Source of the DNA: Verrucomicrobiales bacterium
Lineage (GTDB): Bacteria; Verrucomicrobiota; Verrucomicrobiia; Verrucomicrobiales; V1-33
DNA length: 34,937 nucleotides
Assembly (NCBI GenBank): GCA_023253495.1
Contig: JALRGF010000172.1
Span: 1 to 34,937 of the forward strand
Direction of reading: 5' to 3'
Made by a program: the position numbers and the translations under genes. How positions within the stretch are numbered: position 1 is the stretch's first letter; every line of letters begins with the position of its first letter. The notes under the pieces were generated by a model that did not search any database, was not told where the DNA came from, and saw nothing but the letters and a program-made list of their open reading frames with translations. Shown one piece after another: positions 17,724 through 26,533 of this stretch.

Positions 17724-18338
17724 CTACCTCGAGTAGAGCTCGACAATCAGCTGCTCGTTCACGATCGGGCTGATTTCATCCTTGGTCGGGACGCGCGAAA
17801 CGGTGCCGGCGAGCTTGTCCTTGTCAAAGGTCACCCATCCGGGCACCACCGCAGCCTGGGTCAGGTCCAGAGCGCGCAGCGCCAGCTGTTTGGAGCGCGG
17901 ATTTTCGCGGATAGTGATGACATCTCCCGGCTGCACCTGGTAGGAAGCGACATTGACACGGGTGCCGTTGACGCGCACGTGACCGTGGCTGACCAGCTGG
18001 CGGGCCGCATCCCTCGTATTGCCGAGACCGAGCCGGTAAACGACGTTGTCGAGACGCGTCTCGAGAAGCTGGAGAAGGATTTCACCGGTCACGCCCTTGC
18101 GGCGCTGAGCCTCGGCAAAGGTCTTGCGGAATTGTTTTTCCAGCACGCCGTACTGATAGCGGAGCTTCTGCTTTTCAGCCAGGGCGACAGCGTAATCGGA
18201 AAGTTTCTTACGCCCGCCTTTGGCGCCGCCGTGTTGGCCCGGCGAATACGGGCGGCGATCCAGCGCCTTGGAGGGGCCGAACAGAGCGATGCCGTGGCGG
18301 CGGCTGATTTTATCCTTGGGACCAGTGTAGCGGGCCAT
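17724..18338 (-). CDS. rpsD: 30S ribosomal protein S4
   Basis: MARYTGPKDKISRRHGIALFG... plus an S4 RNA-binding domain (RLDNVVYRLGLGNTRDAARQLVSHGHVRVNG). The start is at the ATG at 18338. Confidence 0.95.
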   Translation of the reverse strand: MARYTGPKDKISRRHGIALFGPSKALDRRPYSPGQHGGAKGGRKKLSDYAVALAEKQKLRYQYGVLEKQFRKTFAEAQRRKGVTGEILLQLLETRLDNVVYRLGLGNTRDAARQLVSHGHVRVNGTRVNVASYQVQPGDVITIRENPRSKQLALRALDLTQAAVVPGWVTFDKDKLAGTVSRVPTKDEISPIVNEQLIVELYSR

Positions 18339-18376
18339 CGTGAAAAATATGCGGTGAAGATGAAAGAGACGGGAAA

Positions 18377-18877
18377 TCAGACACGCCGCGGCTTGGGCGG
18401 GCGGCAACCGTTGTGCGGAATCGGGGTGACGTCGCGGATGGCCAGTACCTCGATGCCCATCGCCTGGACAGCGCGCACCGCGGACTCGCGGCCCGCCCCG
18501 GGACCTTTGACCTCGACGACAGCTTCCCTCAAACCGTGACCCATGGCCTGGCGGCAGGCGTCCTGGGAAACGAGCTGTGCGGCATACGCAGTGCTCTTGC
18601 GGGACCCCTTGTAACCCATCTTGCCGGCACTGGACCAGCCGACCACGTTGCCGCGGGCATCGGTCACCGAAACAATGGTGTTATTGAAGGTCGCGAGCAC
18701 ATGCACCACTCCGCTGCTGATGTTTTTGGCGCCTTTGGCGCGCACGACCTTCTGGCCGGCGGCGATGTCGACGTTGAGAAGTTCGGCGGCGGTCGGCGGA
18801 CCGGCGGGAGCTTCGGGGGCGGCAGCGGCCGGAGCGGCGGTCGCAGCAGCGGCGGTGTTCTTGGGATCCTCGGCCAT
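18377..18877 (-). CDS. rpsK: 30S ribosomal protein S11 (with Ala/Pro-rich N-terminal extension if the ATG at 18877 is used)
   Basis: [41 protein letters not shown]...[14 protein letters not shown]...[18 protein letters not shown] aligns with E. coli S11 over its whole length. Confidence 0.95.
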   Translation of the reverse strand: MAEDPKNTAAAATAAPAAAAPEAPAGPPTAAELLNVDIAAGQKVVRAKGAKNISSGVVHVLATFNNTIVSVTDARGNVVGWSSAGKMGYKGSRKSTAYAAQLVSQDACRQAMGHGLREAVVEVKGPGAGRESAVRAVQAMGIEVLAIRDVTPIPHNGCRPPKPRRV

Positions 18878-18907
18878 GGGAAATCAGGGATGAGCAGTCG
18901 GTGGAAA

Positions 18908-19285
18908 TTATTTCTTCGCGCGGACCACGCCGACCGTCTTTTTCTTGCCCTTGCGGGTGCGGGCATTGGTGTGGGTGCGCTGGCCGCGGACCGGCAGGCT
19001 CTTGCGGTGGCGGATGCCGCGGTAGCAGTTGATCTGCTGGAGGCGCTTGAGATTGAGCTGCAGGTCCCGGCGCAGGTCACCCTCAATGGGCAGGCCGGTT
19101 TGCTGGATCGCCGTGACGATGGCACCGATCTGCTCCTGGGTCAGCTGGCCGGTACGGGTGTCGGGATCGATTCCGGCGCTTTCGAGAACGCGTTTGGCCC
19201 ATGACGGACCGATACCGTAGATGTAGGGGAGGGACGCTTCGATGCGCTTCTCGTTCGGAATATCAACGCCAAGGAGTCGGGCCAT
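18908..19285 (-). CDS. rpsM: 30S ribosomal protein S13
   Basis: [34 protein letters not shown]...[29 protein letters not shown]. 125 aa counted from the ATG at 19285. The track ORF's 5' extension is spurious. Confidence 0.95.
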   Translation of the reverse strand: MARLLGVDIPNEKRIEASLPYIYGIGPSWAKRVLESAGIDPDTRTGQLTQEQIGAIVTAIQQTGLPIEGDLRRDLQLNLKRLQQINCYRGIRHRKSLPVRGQRTHTNARTRKGKKKTVGVVRAKK

Positions 19286-19329
19286 AAAAAAGTGGTTCGC
19301 TGGAAAACTTCGGGGGAGCCGGCTGACGC

Positions 19330-19443
19330 TCAGCCTTGTTTCTGCTTGTGGCGGGGGTTTTTGCAGATGACACGGACGATTCCCTGCCGGCGGATGATGC
19401 GGCAGTTTTCGCAGAGTCGTTTGATGGATGGCCGGACTTTCAT
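19330..19443 (-). CDS. rpmJ: 50S ribosomal protein L36
   Basis: Not in the ORF track because it is too short. Hand translation of the minus strand gives [37 protein letters not shown] (37 aa), the canonical L36 zinc-ribbon sequence, directly upstream of rpsM. Confidence 0.9.
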   Translation of the reverse strand: MKVRPSIKRLCENCRIIRRQGIVRVICKNPRHKQKQG

Positions 19444-19620
19444 GGGGAAATGAGATGGAGCGTGGCGCCAAGGCGGCGCTGATCAACGGAGCCGCTTGTT
19501 TACCGGGAGACGCAGGAGGCTGCCGCAGGGGGAAGCAGGCGGACGGATGCGTTACCACCGATTGCCCGCCCCGCAAGCAGGAAATTCCGCTCTTTTTTTG
19601 CCGCGCCGACGCGACTGGTC

Positions 19621-20997
19621 TCAAGGCTCCTCGCGCCATGACTCGGAGACAATGTCGCGGAGTTCGACCCGGGCGCGGCCGGTGATCCCGCGAGCCCATT
19701 GCAGCCGCACCATGACGAGGTGGGTGGCCTGGGGGTTCAGCCGGTCGGCGATCTTCGGGCCAACCACAGGGTCGTTCTTGTCCGCATAGATGATGCCTTC
19801 GTGCCCCTGAATGGGAGCGGCAATACGGAATCGATGCTCCGGAAAGCTGGCATCCGGATCGAAACCGTCGGGGTCGCCCGGCGGCAGCCACCGCAGGCGC
19901 ACCCGGAAGACGGCAGGAGACTCCCGGAAGTCGTCAAGGAAACGCTTGAGCCGGCTTTCCCGGAACTCGATGAAGGTGCGTCCGTCAAGTCGCCATCCCC
20001 GGCTGGTCTGCCGGACCGGCACCGGAAATCCCTGCGGCAGATCCGGGAAGGCGACCTGAAAGACCTGCACCGTCCGCAGGCCGTCGGGCAACGGAGCACT
20101 GGCAATATGCTCGACGGAAAGGGGAACGTGCGCCCCGTCCCCGATGCGACGGTCATAGGCCTCCAATTCCTCACGCAACCGATCGCCCTCCTCGCACCAC
20201 ACCACCCGCTCCCGCCAGTTGCGGGCCTGCAGAAATGACATGAGGACACGCCTCGCCTCGGCGGGAGGATCTTCGGTGACGGCGGACGCGGCGGCGGGCA
20301 CCGGGAGCTCGACTTCCGCGTCCGCCGGTATCACCAGAGGCTGGGCCTCAGCCGGGGCCGCAGGGAGCATCGGCCCCACCAGGGCCGGGGCCGGGACTGG
20401 AGCCGCAGGGGCGGCGACGGCCGGCGGCACCACCGGGGCCGGCGCCGGTAAACGTGGCTCCGCCGGTCCGCCCGCATCGTGCCACGCGCCAGCCGCCACC
20501 GGAACAGCCACCGCCGGCCACCGTGCAGAAAGCGCCTCCTCCAGCCGGGGCTCCCACCACGGGCGCGTCAGCAAGGCCAGAGCCGCCACCCCCGTCAAGG
20601 CACCCACCGCCACCCGCAGCACCGGAACAAAACGCCTCCGGGTGCCACGCACCGACGATGGCGACGATGGCGGCGCGGCCGGCGGTGGCACGGGAAGCGA
20701 AGATACCTGCGGCGCGCCACCGGAAGCCGCTGGTGCCGGAGAGGCCGGCGGCGACCCGTGGCCCGGGCGACCGCTGGGCGGCGCAGACTCGGGTGTACCG
20801 GGTACAGGCGGGGCTGGAGGCGGGGCCACCGGAGCGTCCGCCGCAGCAGCGGCAGCCTCCCCCGGTGTGTCCGGCACGGGTGCGGTGATGTCCTGATGGC
20901 AGTGCGGACAGGGACCGCGGGTGCCGGCCAGCACCCTCGGCAGTCTCAAGCGCACCGCACACGCCGGACACGGAAAAGAGTAGCTGTCTTGTCTCAT
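19621..20997 (-). CDS. Hypothetical membrane protein: N-terminal zinc-ribbon, Pro/Ala-rich linker, one TM, conserved-looking C-terminal domain
   Basis: CPAC-X17-CPHC in the first 35 aa. A roughly 90-aa P/A-rich linker follows, then a TM ([18 protein letters not shown]), a second P/A-rich tract, and about 220 aa of balanced composition ([33 protein letters not shown]...). Confidence 0.7.
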   Translation of the reverse strand: MRQDSYSFPCPACAVRLRLPRVLAGTRGPCPHCHQDITAPVPDTPGEAAAAAADAPVAPPPAPPVPGTPESAPPSGRPGHGSPPASPAPAASGGAPQVSSLPVPPPAAPPSSPSSVRGTRRRFVPVLRVAVGALTGVAALALLTRPWWEPRLEEALSARWPAVAVPVAAGAWHDAGGPAEPRLPAPAPVVPPAVAAPAAPVPAPALVGPMLPAAPAEAQPLVIPADAEVELPVPAAASAVTEDPPAEARRVLMSFLQARNWRERVVWCEEGDRLREELEAYDRRIGDGAHVPLSVEHIASAPLPDGLRTVQVFQVAFPDLPQGFPVPVRQTSRGWRLDGRTFIEFRESRLKRFLDDFRESPAVFRVRLRWLPPGDPDGFDPDASFPEHRFRIAAPIQGHEGIIYADKNDPVVGPKIADRLNPQATHLVMVRLQWARGITGRARVELRDIVSESWREEP

Positions 20998-21203
20998 GGA
21001 AAGAACGGGGAGCCCGGAGCCTCCGCGCCGTCATGTCCGAACCGCCCGAAACACTTCCTGATCCTAGGCCGAGCGGAGAGTGTGTCAACGCAGCCGCCAC
21101 ATTTCCCGTTGCCAGAGCGCACCGCCGTGGAAATCATCCGGGAATCCCCCCCGAAAATCTGTTCCGCCCGCTCCCGATCCACCAGTACACCACCCACACC
21201 ACC

Positions 21204-22208
21204 ATGCCCCGCCCCGTCACCCTGTTCACCGGCCAGTGGGCCGACCTGCCATTCACCACCATCCTGCAGAAGGCCAAAGCCTTCGGCTATGACGGCGTGG
21301 AGCTCGCCTGCTGGGGCGACCACTTCGAGGTCGCCAAGGCCGACCAGGCGTACTGCGACGCCAAACGCCGGGCACTCGACGAGGCTGGCATGAAATGTTT
21401 CGCCATTTCCACCCACCTTGTCGGTCAGGCGGTGTGCGACAACATCGACGAACGCCACAAGACGATCCTGCCCGACTACGTGTACGGTGACGGAAAGCCC
21501 GAGGGCGTGCGCCAGCGCGCCGCCGAAGAATTGATCCGCACCGCCCAGGCCGCCGCCCGCTTCGGTGTCAAAGTCGTCAACGGATTCACCGGCTCCAGTA
21601 TCTGGCACCTCGTGTATTCCTTTCCGCCGGTCCTGCCGGGGCAGATCGACGCCGGCTTCAAAGACTTCGCCGCCCGCTTCAAGCCGATCCTCGATGAATT
21701 CCAGAAACTGGGACTGAAATACGCTCTGGAAGTCCATCCGACCGAAATCGCCTTCGACATCGCCTCGGCCGAACGCGCCCTGCAGGCGCTCGACTACCAC
21801 CCCGCCTTCGGCTTCAACTACGACCCGTCCCACTTCGGCTACCAGGGAGTCGATTACGTCGGGTTCATCCGCAAATTCCATGATCGCATTTTCCATGTGC
21901 ACATGAAGGACGTCGCCTGGAGCGACCGGCCGACCGAGGCCGGCGTCTTCGGCGGGCACGTCGATTTCCACCAGCCGAACCGCTTCTGGGACTTCAAGTC
22001 CGTCGGCCGCGGCAACATCAATTTCGAAAAAATCATCCGCGCCCTGAACGACATCGGCTACGCCGGGCCGCTCAGCGTCGAGTGGGAGGACGGCGGCATG
22101 GACCGCGAGTTCGGGGCGGCCGAGAGCTGCGCCTTCTGCAAGCGCATCGATTTCCCGTCGAGCCAGATCGTGTTTGACGCGCAATTCGACAAGTCCCGTC
22201 AGGCGTGA
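21204..22208 (+). CDS. Sugar phosphate isomerase/epimerase (xylose isomerase-like TIM barrel)
   Basis: [56 protein letters not shown] and PLSVEWED follow the AP_endonuc_2/TIM-barrel pattern. The start is set at the ATG at 21204 ([12 protein letters not shown]). Confidence 0.9.
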   Translation: MPRPVTLFTGQWADLPFTTILQKAKAFGYDGVELACWGDHFEVAKADQAYCDAKRRALDEAGMKCFAISTHLVGQAVCDNIDERHKTILPDYVYGDGKPEGVRQRAAEELIRTAQAAARFGVKVVNGFTGSSIWHLVYSFPPVLPGQIDAGFKDFAARFKPILDEFQKLGLKYALEVHPTEIAFDIASAERALQALDYHPAFGFNYDPSHFGYQGVDYVGFIRKFHDRIFHVHMKDVAWSDRPTEAGVFGGHVDFHQPNRFWDFKSVGRGNINFEKIIRALNDIGYAGPLSVEWEDGGMDREFGAAESCAFCKRIDFPSSQIVFDAQFDKSRQA

Positions 22209-22278
22209 CGCCTGGTCCGGCGGGTGTTCCGCCATTTGGGGATTGTGCGGGGATGGGGTAAACTGCCATGGTCACCCG

Positions 22279-25200
22279 ATGAACGCGCATCCCCCTGCCC
22301 CCAACCCCTCCCGTGGCGCCCGGAGCCGGGCGCTCCTGACTCCGGTCACACTCGCCCTGTGCGTCCTGAGCCTGCCGATGGCGTCCGGGCAATCCGTGGT
22401 CATCTCGGAATTCATGGCCATCAACACCGCCTCAAAAAAACCGGGCGGCCTCGCCATGGTGGATGAAGACAAGAGCTACGAAGACTGGCTCGAACTGCAC
22501 AACCCGGGAACCACCACCGTCAATCTGGGCGGATGGTCGCTCACCGACGACCCCGGCAACCTCCGCCGCTGGCCGATCCCCCCGGTGGACCTGGCTCCGG
22601 GTCAGTTTCTCGTCATCTGGTGCTCGCAGAAAAACCGCACCCAGCCGGCCGCGCCGCTGCACACGAATTTCAAACTCTCGGGAGTCGGCGACTACCTCGC
22701 CCTGGTGCGCCGCGACGGCACCACCATCGCCCATGAATACGCGCCGACCTACCCGCCCCAGACGACCGACGTGAGCTTCGGCCTGAATGGCGCCGTGGCC
22801 GAGGAAACACTCGTCGGACCGGGCAGCGAAATCAGTTTCCTCGCTCCCGCCGACAGCACCGCCGAGGCCGCCTGGTACCAGGGCGGTTTCACTCCCGACG
22901 CCGCCTGGGGCCGCGTGCGCCTGCAGACAAAGGACACCGCCGCCCCCAATACCACCGTCCCCCGCGTCCAGACAGTCGGCCTCGGCTACGCCACTTCCGC
23001 CTCTTCCCCCCTCAACCGCCACCTCGCCGACGGCGGCAATGTGCGCGCCCTGCTCCACGATACCGGCCGCACCTCGCTCTGGATGCGGACCACCTTCACC
23101 GTCGCCAACCCCGCCGCCCACAGCAACCTGCGGCTGCGCCTGAAATACGACGACGGCTTCGTCGCCTACCTCAACGGCGTGCCCGTCGCCGCCGCCAACG
23201 CCCCCGAGGCCCGGCCCGTTCCCTGGAACGAACCGGCGACCGCCACCACCACCGACACCGCCGCCACCGCCTTCAAGGAGTTCGCCCTCGGCGCCTCGGC
23301 CCAGCTGGCCGCCGGCGAAAACGTGCTCGCCATCCACGGCCTCAATACCGCCGTGACCGCCAGCAGCGACGCCCTCTGGGTGCCGGAACTGGTCTCGGAC
23401 ACCGCGCTCCCGCCCGGCACCCAGCCGGTCTATTTCACCTCACCCACCCCCGGCCTGCCGAACGGCACGGGGTCCACCGTCATCCCGCCGCTGGTCTTCG
23501 ACCTCACGGAAAACCCGCCCCCACCCGCCCCCGGTCCCTTCTCCCTGCCGGTCACCGCCCGCGTCGTCGCCACCCGCAACCCGGTCGCCGGCGCCACGCT
23601 GTACTGGCGCCGCATGTTCGACCCCGAAATGTCGGCACCGATGCGCGACGACGGCCAGGACGGGGACGCGGTCGCCGGCGACGGCATCTTCTCCGGACGG
23701 ATCAGCGGTGTGTCCCTGGCGGCCGGCGAAATGGTGCGCTGGCGCGTCACCGCCCATGACACCGCGAACCGGCTCGGCCGCGCCCCGGCCCACAACGAGC
23801 CGAACGACTCCCAGGTCTACCACGGCACGGTGGCCGAAAACCCCGCGCTCCAGTCGTCGCGCCTGCCCGTCCTCCACTGGTTCATGGCCCCCGGCGTCAA
23901 CCCGGACACCACCACCCGCGTCCGCATCAGCCTGGCTTACGGCGGCGAGTTCTACGACAACGTCGGGGCCGACGTGCACGGCCAGAGCACCAGCGGCTTT
24001 CCGAAAAAAAGCTACAACCTGGATTTTCCCGCTGACCACGCCTTCCGCTACGACCCGGCCCGGCGGCGGGTCGCCGACATCAAGCTGCTGACCAACTACG
24101 CCGACAAGACCAAGGTCCACAACACCGTGGCCTATCAGCTGCTGCGCGACGCCCAGGTGGCCGCCCACTTCGCCTTCCCGGTCCGCGTCCAGCGCAACAG
24201 CCAGTTTTTTGCCGTCGCCGAATTCGTCGAGGACGCCGACGAACTGTACCTCGAACGCGCCGGGCTCAACCCCGAGGGCGCGCTCTACAAAATGTACAAC
24301 TACGTCGTCCCCAACCTCTCGCCCGGGGGCAGCGGCTACGAGAAAAAAACCCGGCGCTCCGAAAACGCCGCCGACCTCAACGCGCTCGCCACCGGCCTCG
24401 CCCGCTCCGGTGAAACCCTGCTCCAGTACGGCTTCGACAACGTCAACCTGCCCGCCACCGTCAATCATCTCGCCGCCTACACCATGACCAGCGCCACCGA
24501 CGTGGCGCACAAGAATTATTACTGCTTCCGCGACACCACCGGCACCGGGGAATGGCAACTGCTGCCCTGGGACCTCGACCTCTCGTTCGGCCGCGTCTGG
24601 ACCGGCGATTTCAATTATTTCAACGACCGCGTCCACGCCACCAATGCCGTCAGCCCGAGCGGAGCCGCCGGCAACGGCAACAAATTCTGGGATTTCGGGT
24701 TCCGCGGGTCGCCGGCCATCCAGCAGATGTACCTGCGGCGGCTGCGCACGCTGCGCGACCAGTTTCTGGCGCCGCCGGGAGGCACCGACGACTGGCACGT
24801 TCAGCAGTTCAGCCGCTGGCTGCCGATCATTGATGCGACCGGGGACGCCACCTCGGACGCCGCCCTCGACCTCGCCAAATGGAAACCGGCCGCCTGGAAA
24901 CTCTCCGGCGCACCGAACAGCGTCTCGCCCTTCGCCGGATACACCATGGCCCAGGAAATCGGTCGGCGGCTCAGCGAGTACATCCCGCAACGGCGAACCT
25001 TCCTCTACTCCGGAGCCACCAACGCCGCCTTTCCTCCCGCCCAGCCGGCCGCACCATCGATGACCTTCGGGCCGATGGACGTCAACCCGGGCCTGCCCGA
25101 CAGCCAGAACCAGGAGTACTTGACCATCGTCAATCCCAACCCGTACGCCGTCGAACTGACCGGCTGGACGATCACCGGCGGCGTGAACTTCACCTTCCCT

Positions 25201-26379
25201 CCGGCCACCGTGATCCCGTCAGCCACCCTCGCCACCGCCGCCGACCCGGACCGCAACAAACTGTTCGTCGCCCGCCACGCCCCGGGTTTCCGCAGCCGCG
25301 CCACCAGCCCGAAAGCCGGAGAAAAACGTTTTGTCGTCTCCGGATACCAGGGGCAGCTCTCCGCCCGCGGCGAAGCTCTCGAACTGCGCAACAGCGCGGG
25401 CACCGTGGTCGCCACCACCCGCTGGGACCCCGCTCCCACCCCGGCCCAGCAATGGCTGCGCGTCGCCGAAATCCACTACGCCCCGGCCGAACCCACCGCC
25501 GCCGAAGCCAGCGCCCTGCCCGGCGTCGTCGCCTCCGACTTCGAATTTCTCGAATTGGTCAACACCGGCCCGGTCACCCTCGACCTCAGCGGCGCCCGCT
25601 TCTCCGAAGCTATCGACATCACCCTGCCGGCCGCCACCACCCTGGCCCCGGGAGCCCGCCTCGTCGTCGCCGCCCGCACGGCCGCCCTGGCCCTGCGCCA
25701 TCCGGGCGCCGGCCCGGTGGTCGGCGACTGGTGGGGACGTCTGAACAACGACGGGGAACGGCTCCAGCTGGTCGACTCCTCCGGCGAAACAGTGCTCGAT
25801 TTCAGCTTCAATGACACCTGGCACCCGTGGACCGAAGCCCACGGCCACTCGCTGGTCATGCTCGACGAGGCCGGCACGCCGTTCAGCGAATGGGGCGACC
25901 GGAACCGCTGGGGGATCAGTGCGCCGCCCGGCGGCTCGCCCGGCACCACCGCCCCCGTCGGCCACGCCTATTCCTCCCTGCTCAACCGCTTCAACGCCGC
26001 CGATCGCGAAAACCCCGCCGTCAGCGGCCCGACGGCCAATCCGGATCAGGACGACCTCGTCAATTTCGCCGAATACTGCCTGGGCCAGGACCCGCTCTCC
26101 AGCCAGCGCGCCACCGACTGGCTCCAGGCCGGCCTGCACCTCGTGGAAGGACAGCCCCACCTCGCCGTCACCTACCGCCGCACCCAAAACCTGCTCGACG
26201 CCGACATCACCACCGAAACCAGCCCGGACGGTGTGACTTGGTCTGCTTCCCGGATGGTCCCCATCGAGCCGCCCACCGCCCATGGCGACGGCACGGAAAC
26301 CGTCCGCCTGCGCCAGGAATCACCCGTCACCACCACCGGCACCGGCCTCGTCCGCCTGCGGTTCACGCCGCGGCCGTAA
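22279..26379 (+). CDS. Giant secreted multidomain protein: lamin-tail domain (LTD) + CotH kinase-family domain + further LTDs + Ca-binding-like motif
   Basis: Signal peptide (LLTPVTLALCVLSLPMASG). The first LTD is VVISEFMA...EDWLELHNPGTTTVNLGGWSLTDD. The CotH core is FPKKSYNLDF...KLLTNYADKTKVHNTVAYQL...VRVQRNSQFFAVAEFVEDADELYLERAGL..GALYK. Later LTDs are EYLTIVNPNPYAVELTGWTITGG and EFLELVNTGPVTLDLSGARF. NPDQDDLVNFAEYCLGQDP is TSP3/dockerin-like. The start is set at the ATG at 22279. Confidence 0.9.
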   Translation: MNAHPPAPNPSRGARSRALLTPVTLALCVLSLPMASGQSVVISEFMAINTASKKPGGLAMVDEDKSYEDWLELHNPGTTTVNLGGWSLTDDPGNLRRWPIPPVDLAPGQFLVIWCSQKNRTQPAAPLHTNFKLSGVGDYLALVRRDGTTIAHEYAPTYPPQTTDVSFGLNGAVAEETLVGPGSEISFLAPADSTAEAAWYQGGFTPDAAWGRVRLQTKDTAAPNTTVPRVQTVGLGYATSASSPLNRHLADGGNVRALLHDTGRTSLWMRTTFTVANPAAHSNLRLRLKYDDGFVAYLNGVPVAAANAPEARPVPWNEPATATTTDTAATAFKEFALGASAQLAAGENVLAIHGLNTAVTASSDALWVPELVSDTALPPGTQPVYFTSPTPGLPNGTGSTVIPPLVFDLTENPPPPAPGPFSLPVTARVVATRNPVAGATLYWRRMFDPEMSAPMRDDGQDGDAVAGDGIFSGRISGVSLAAGEMVRWRVTAHDTANRLGRAPAHNEPNDSQVYHGTVAENPALQSSRLPVLHWFMAPGVNPDTTTRVRISLAYGGEFYDNVGADVHGQSTSGFPKKSYNLDFPADHAFRYDPARRRVADIKLLTNYADKTKVHNTVAYQLLRDAQVAAHFAFPVRVQRNSQFFAVAEFVEDADELYLERAGLNPEGALYKMYNYVVPNLSPGGSGYEKKTRRSENAADLNALATGLARSGETLLQYGFDNVNLPATVNHLAAYTMTSATDVAHKNYYCFRDTTGTGEWQLLPWDLDLSFGRVWTGDFNYFNDRVHATNAVSPSGAAGNGNKFWDFGFRGSPAIQQMYLRRLRTLRDQFLAPPGGTDDWHVQQFSRWLPIIDATGDATSDAALDLAKWKPAAWKLSGAPNSVSPFAGYTMAQEIGRRLSEYIPQRRTFLYSGATNAAFPPAQPAAPSMTFGPMDVNPGLPDSQNQEYLTIVNPNPYAVELTGWTITGGVNFTFPPATVIPSATLATAADPDRNKLFVARHAPGFRSRATSPKAGEKRFVVSGYQGQLSARGEALELRNSAGTVVATTRWDPAPTPAQQWLRVAEIHYAPAEPTAAEASALPGVVASDFEFLELVNTGPVTLDLSGARFSEAIDITLPAATTLAPGARLVVAARTAALALRHPGAGPVVGDWWGRLNNDGERLQLVDSSGETVLDFSFNDTWHPWTEAHGHSLVMLDEAGTPFSEWGDRNRWGISAPPGGSPGTTAPVGHAYSSLLNRFNAADRENPAVSGPTANPDQDDLVNFAEYCLGQDPLSSQRATDWLQAGLHLVEGQPHLAVTYRRTQNLLDADITTETSPDGVTWSASRMVPIEPPTAHGDGTETVRLRQESPVTTTGTGLVRLRFTPRP

Positions 26380-26387
26380 CCCTCACC

Positions 26388-26476
26388 CCGCCCAACCCGG
26401 GGCAACCACCCCGCCCGATCCCGCCCAACCCGGGGCAACGCCCCACCCCATCCATCCCAGCCTGGGGCAACGCCCC
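26388..26476. repeat. Three tandem units of about 33 bp (CCGCCCAACCCGGGGCAAC...) between convergent genes; two contain the hairpin GGGGC-AAC-GCCCC
   Basis: CCGCCCAACCCGGGGCAAC occurs at 26388-26406 and 26421-26439. A partial third copy CCTGGGGCAACGCCCC is at 26461-26476. GGGGCAAC starts are 33 and 32 bp apart. Confidence 0.7.
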
Positions 26477-26533
26477 GGGAAAAGCCCCCAAAACCGTCAG
26501 GGCTGAAGGCCCGCCCCCAACTCGCACCGCACG

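Noticed and set aside
20994-22235. 413-aa minus-strand ORF
   Set aside because: It is antisense to the TIM-barrel sugar-phosphate isomerase, and its sequence is G/A/V/D-rich and featureless.
23440-24990. 516-aa minus-strand ORF, plus 22432..23337 and 25219..26283
   Set aside because: All are antisense to the LTD/CotH gene, whose plus-strand frame carries clear domain motifs over its whole length.
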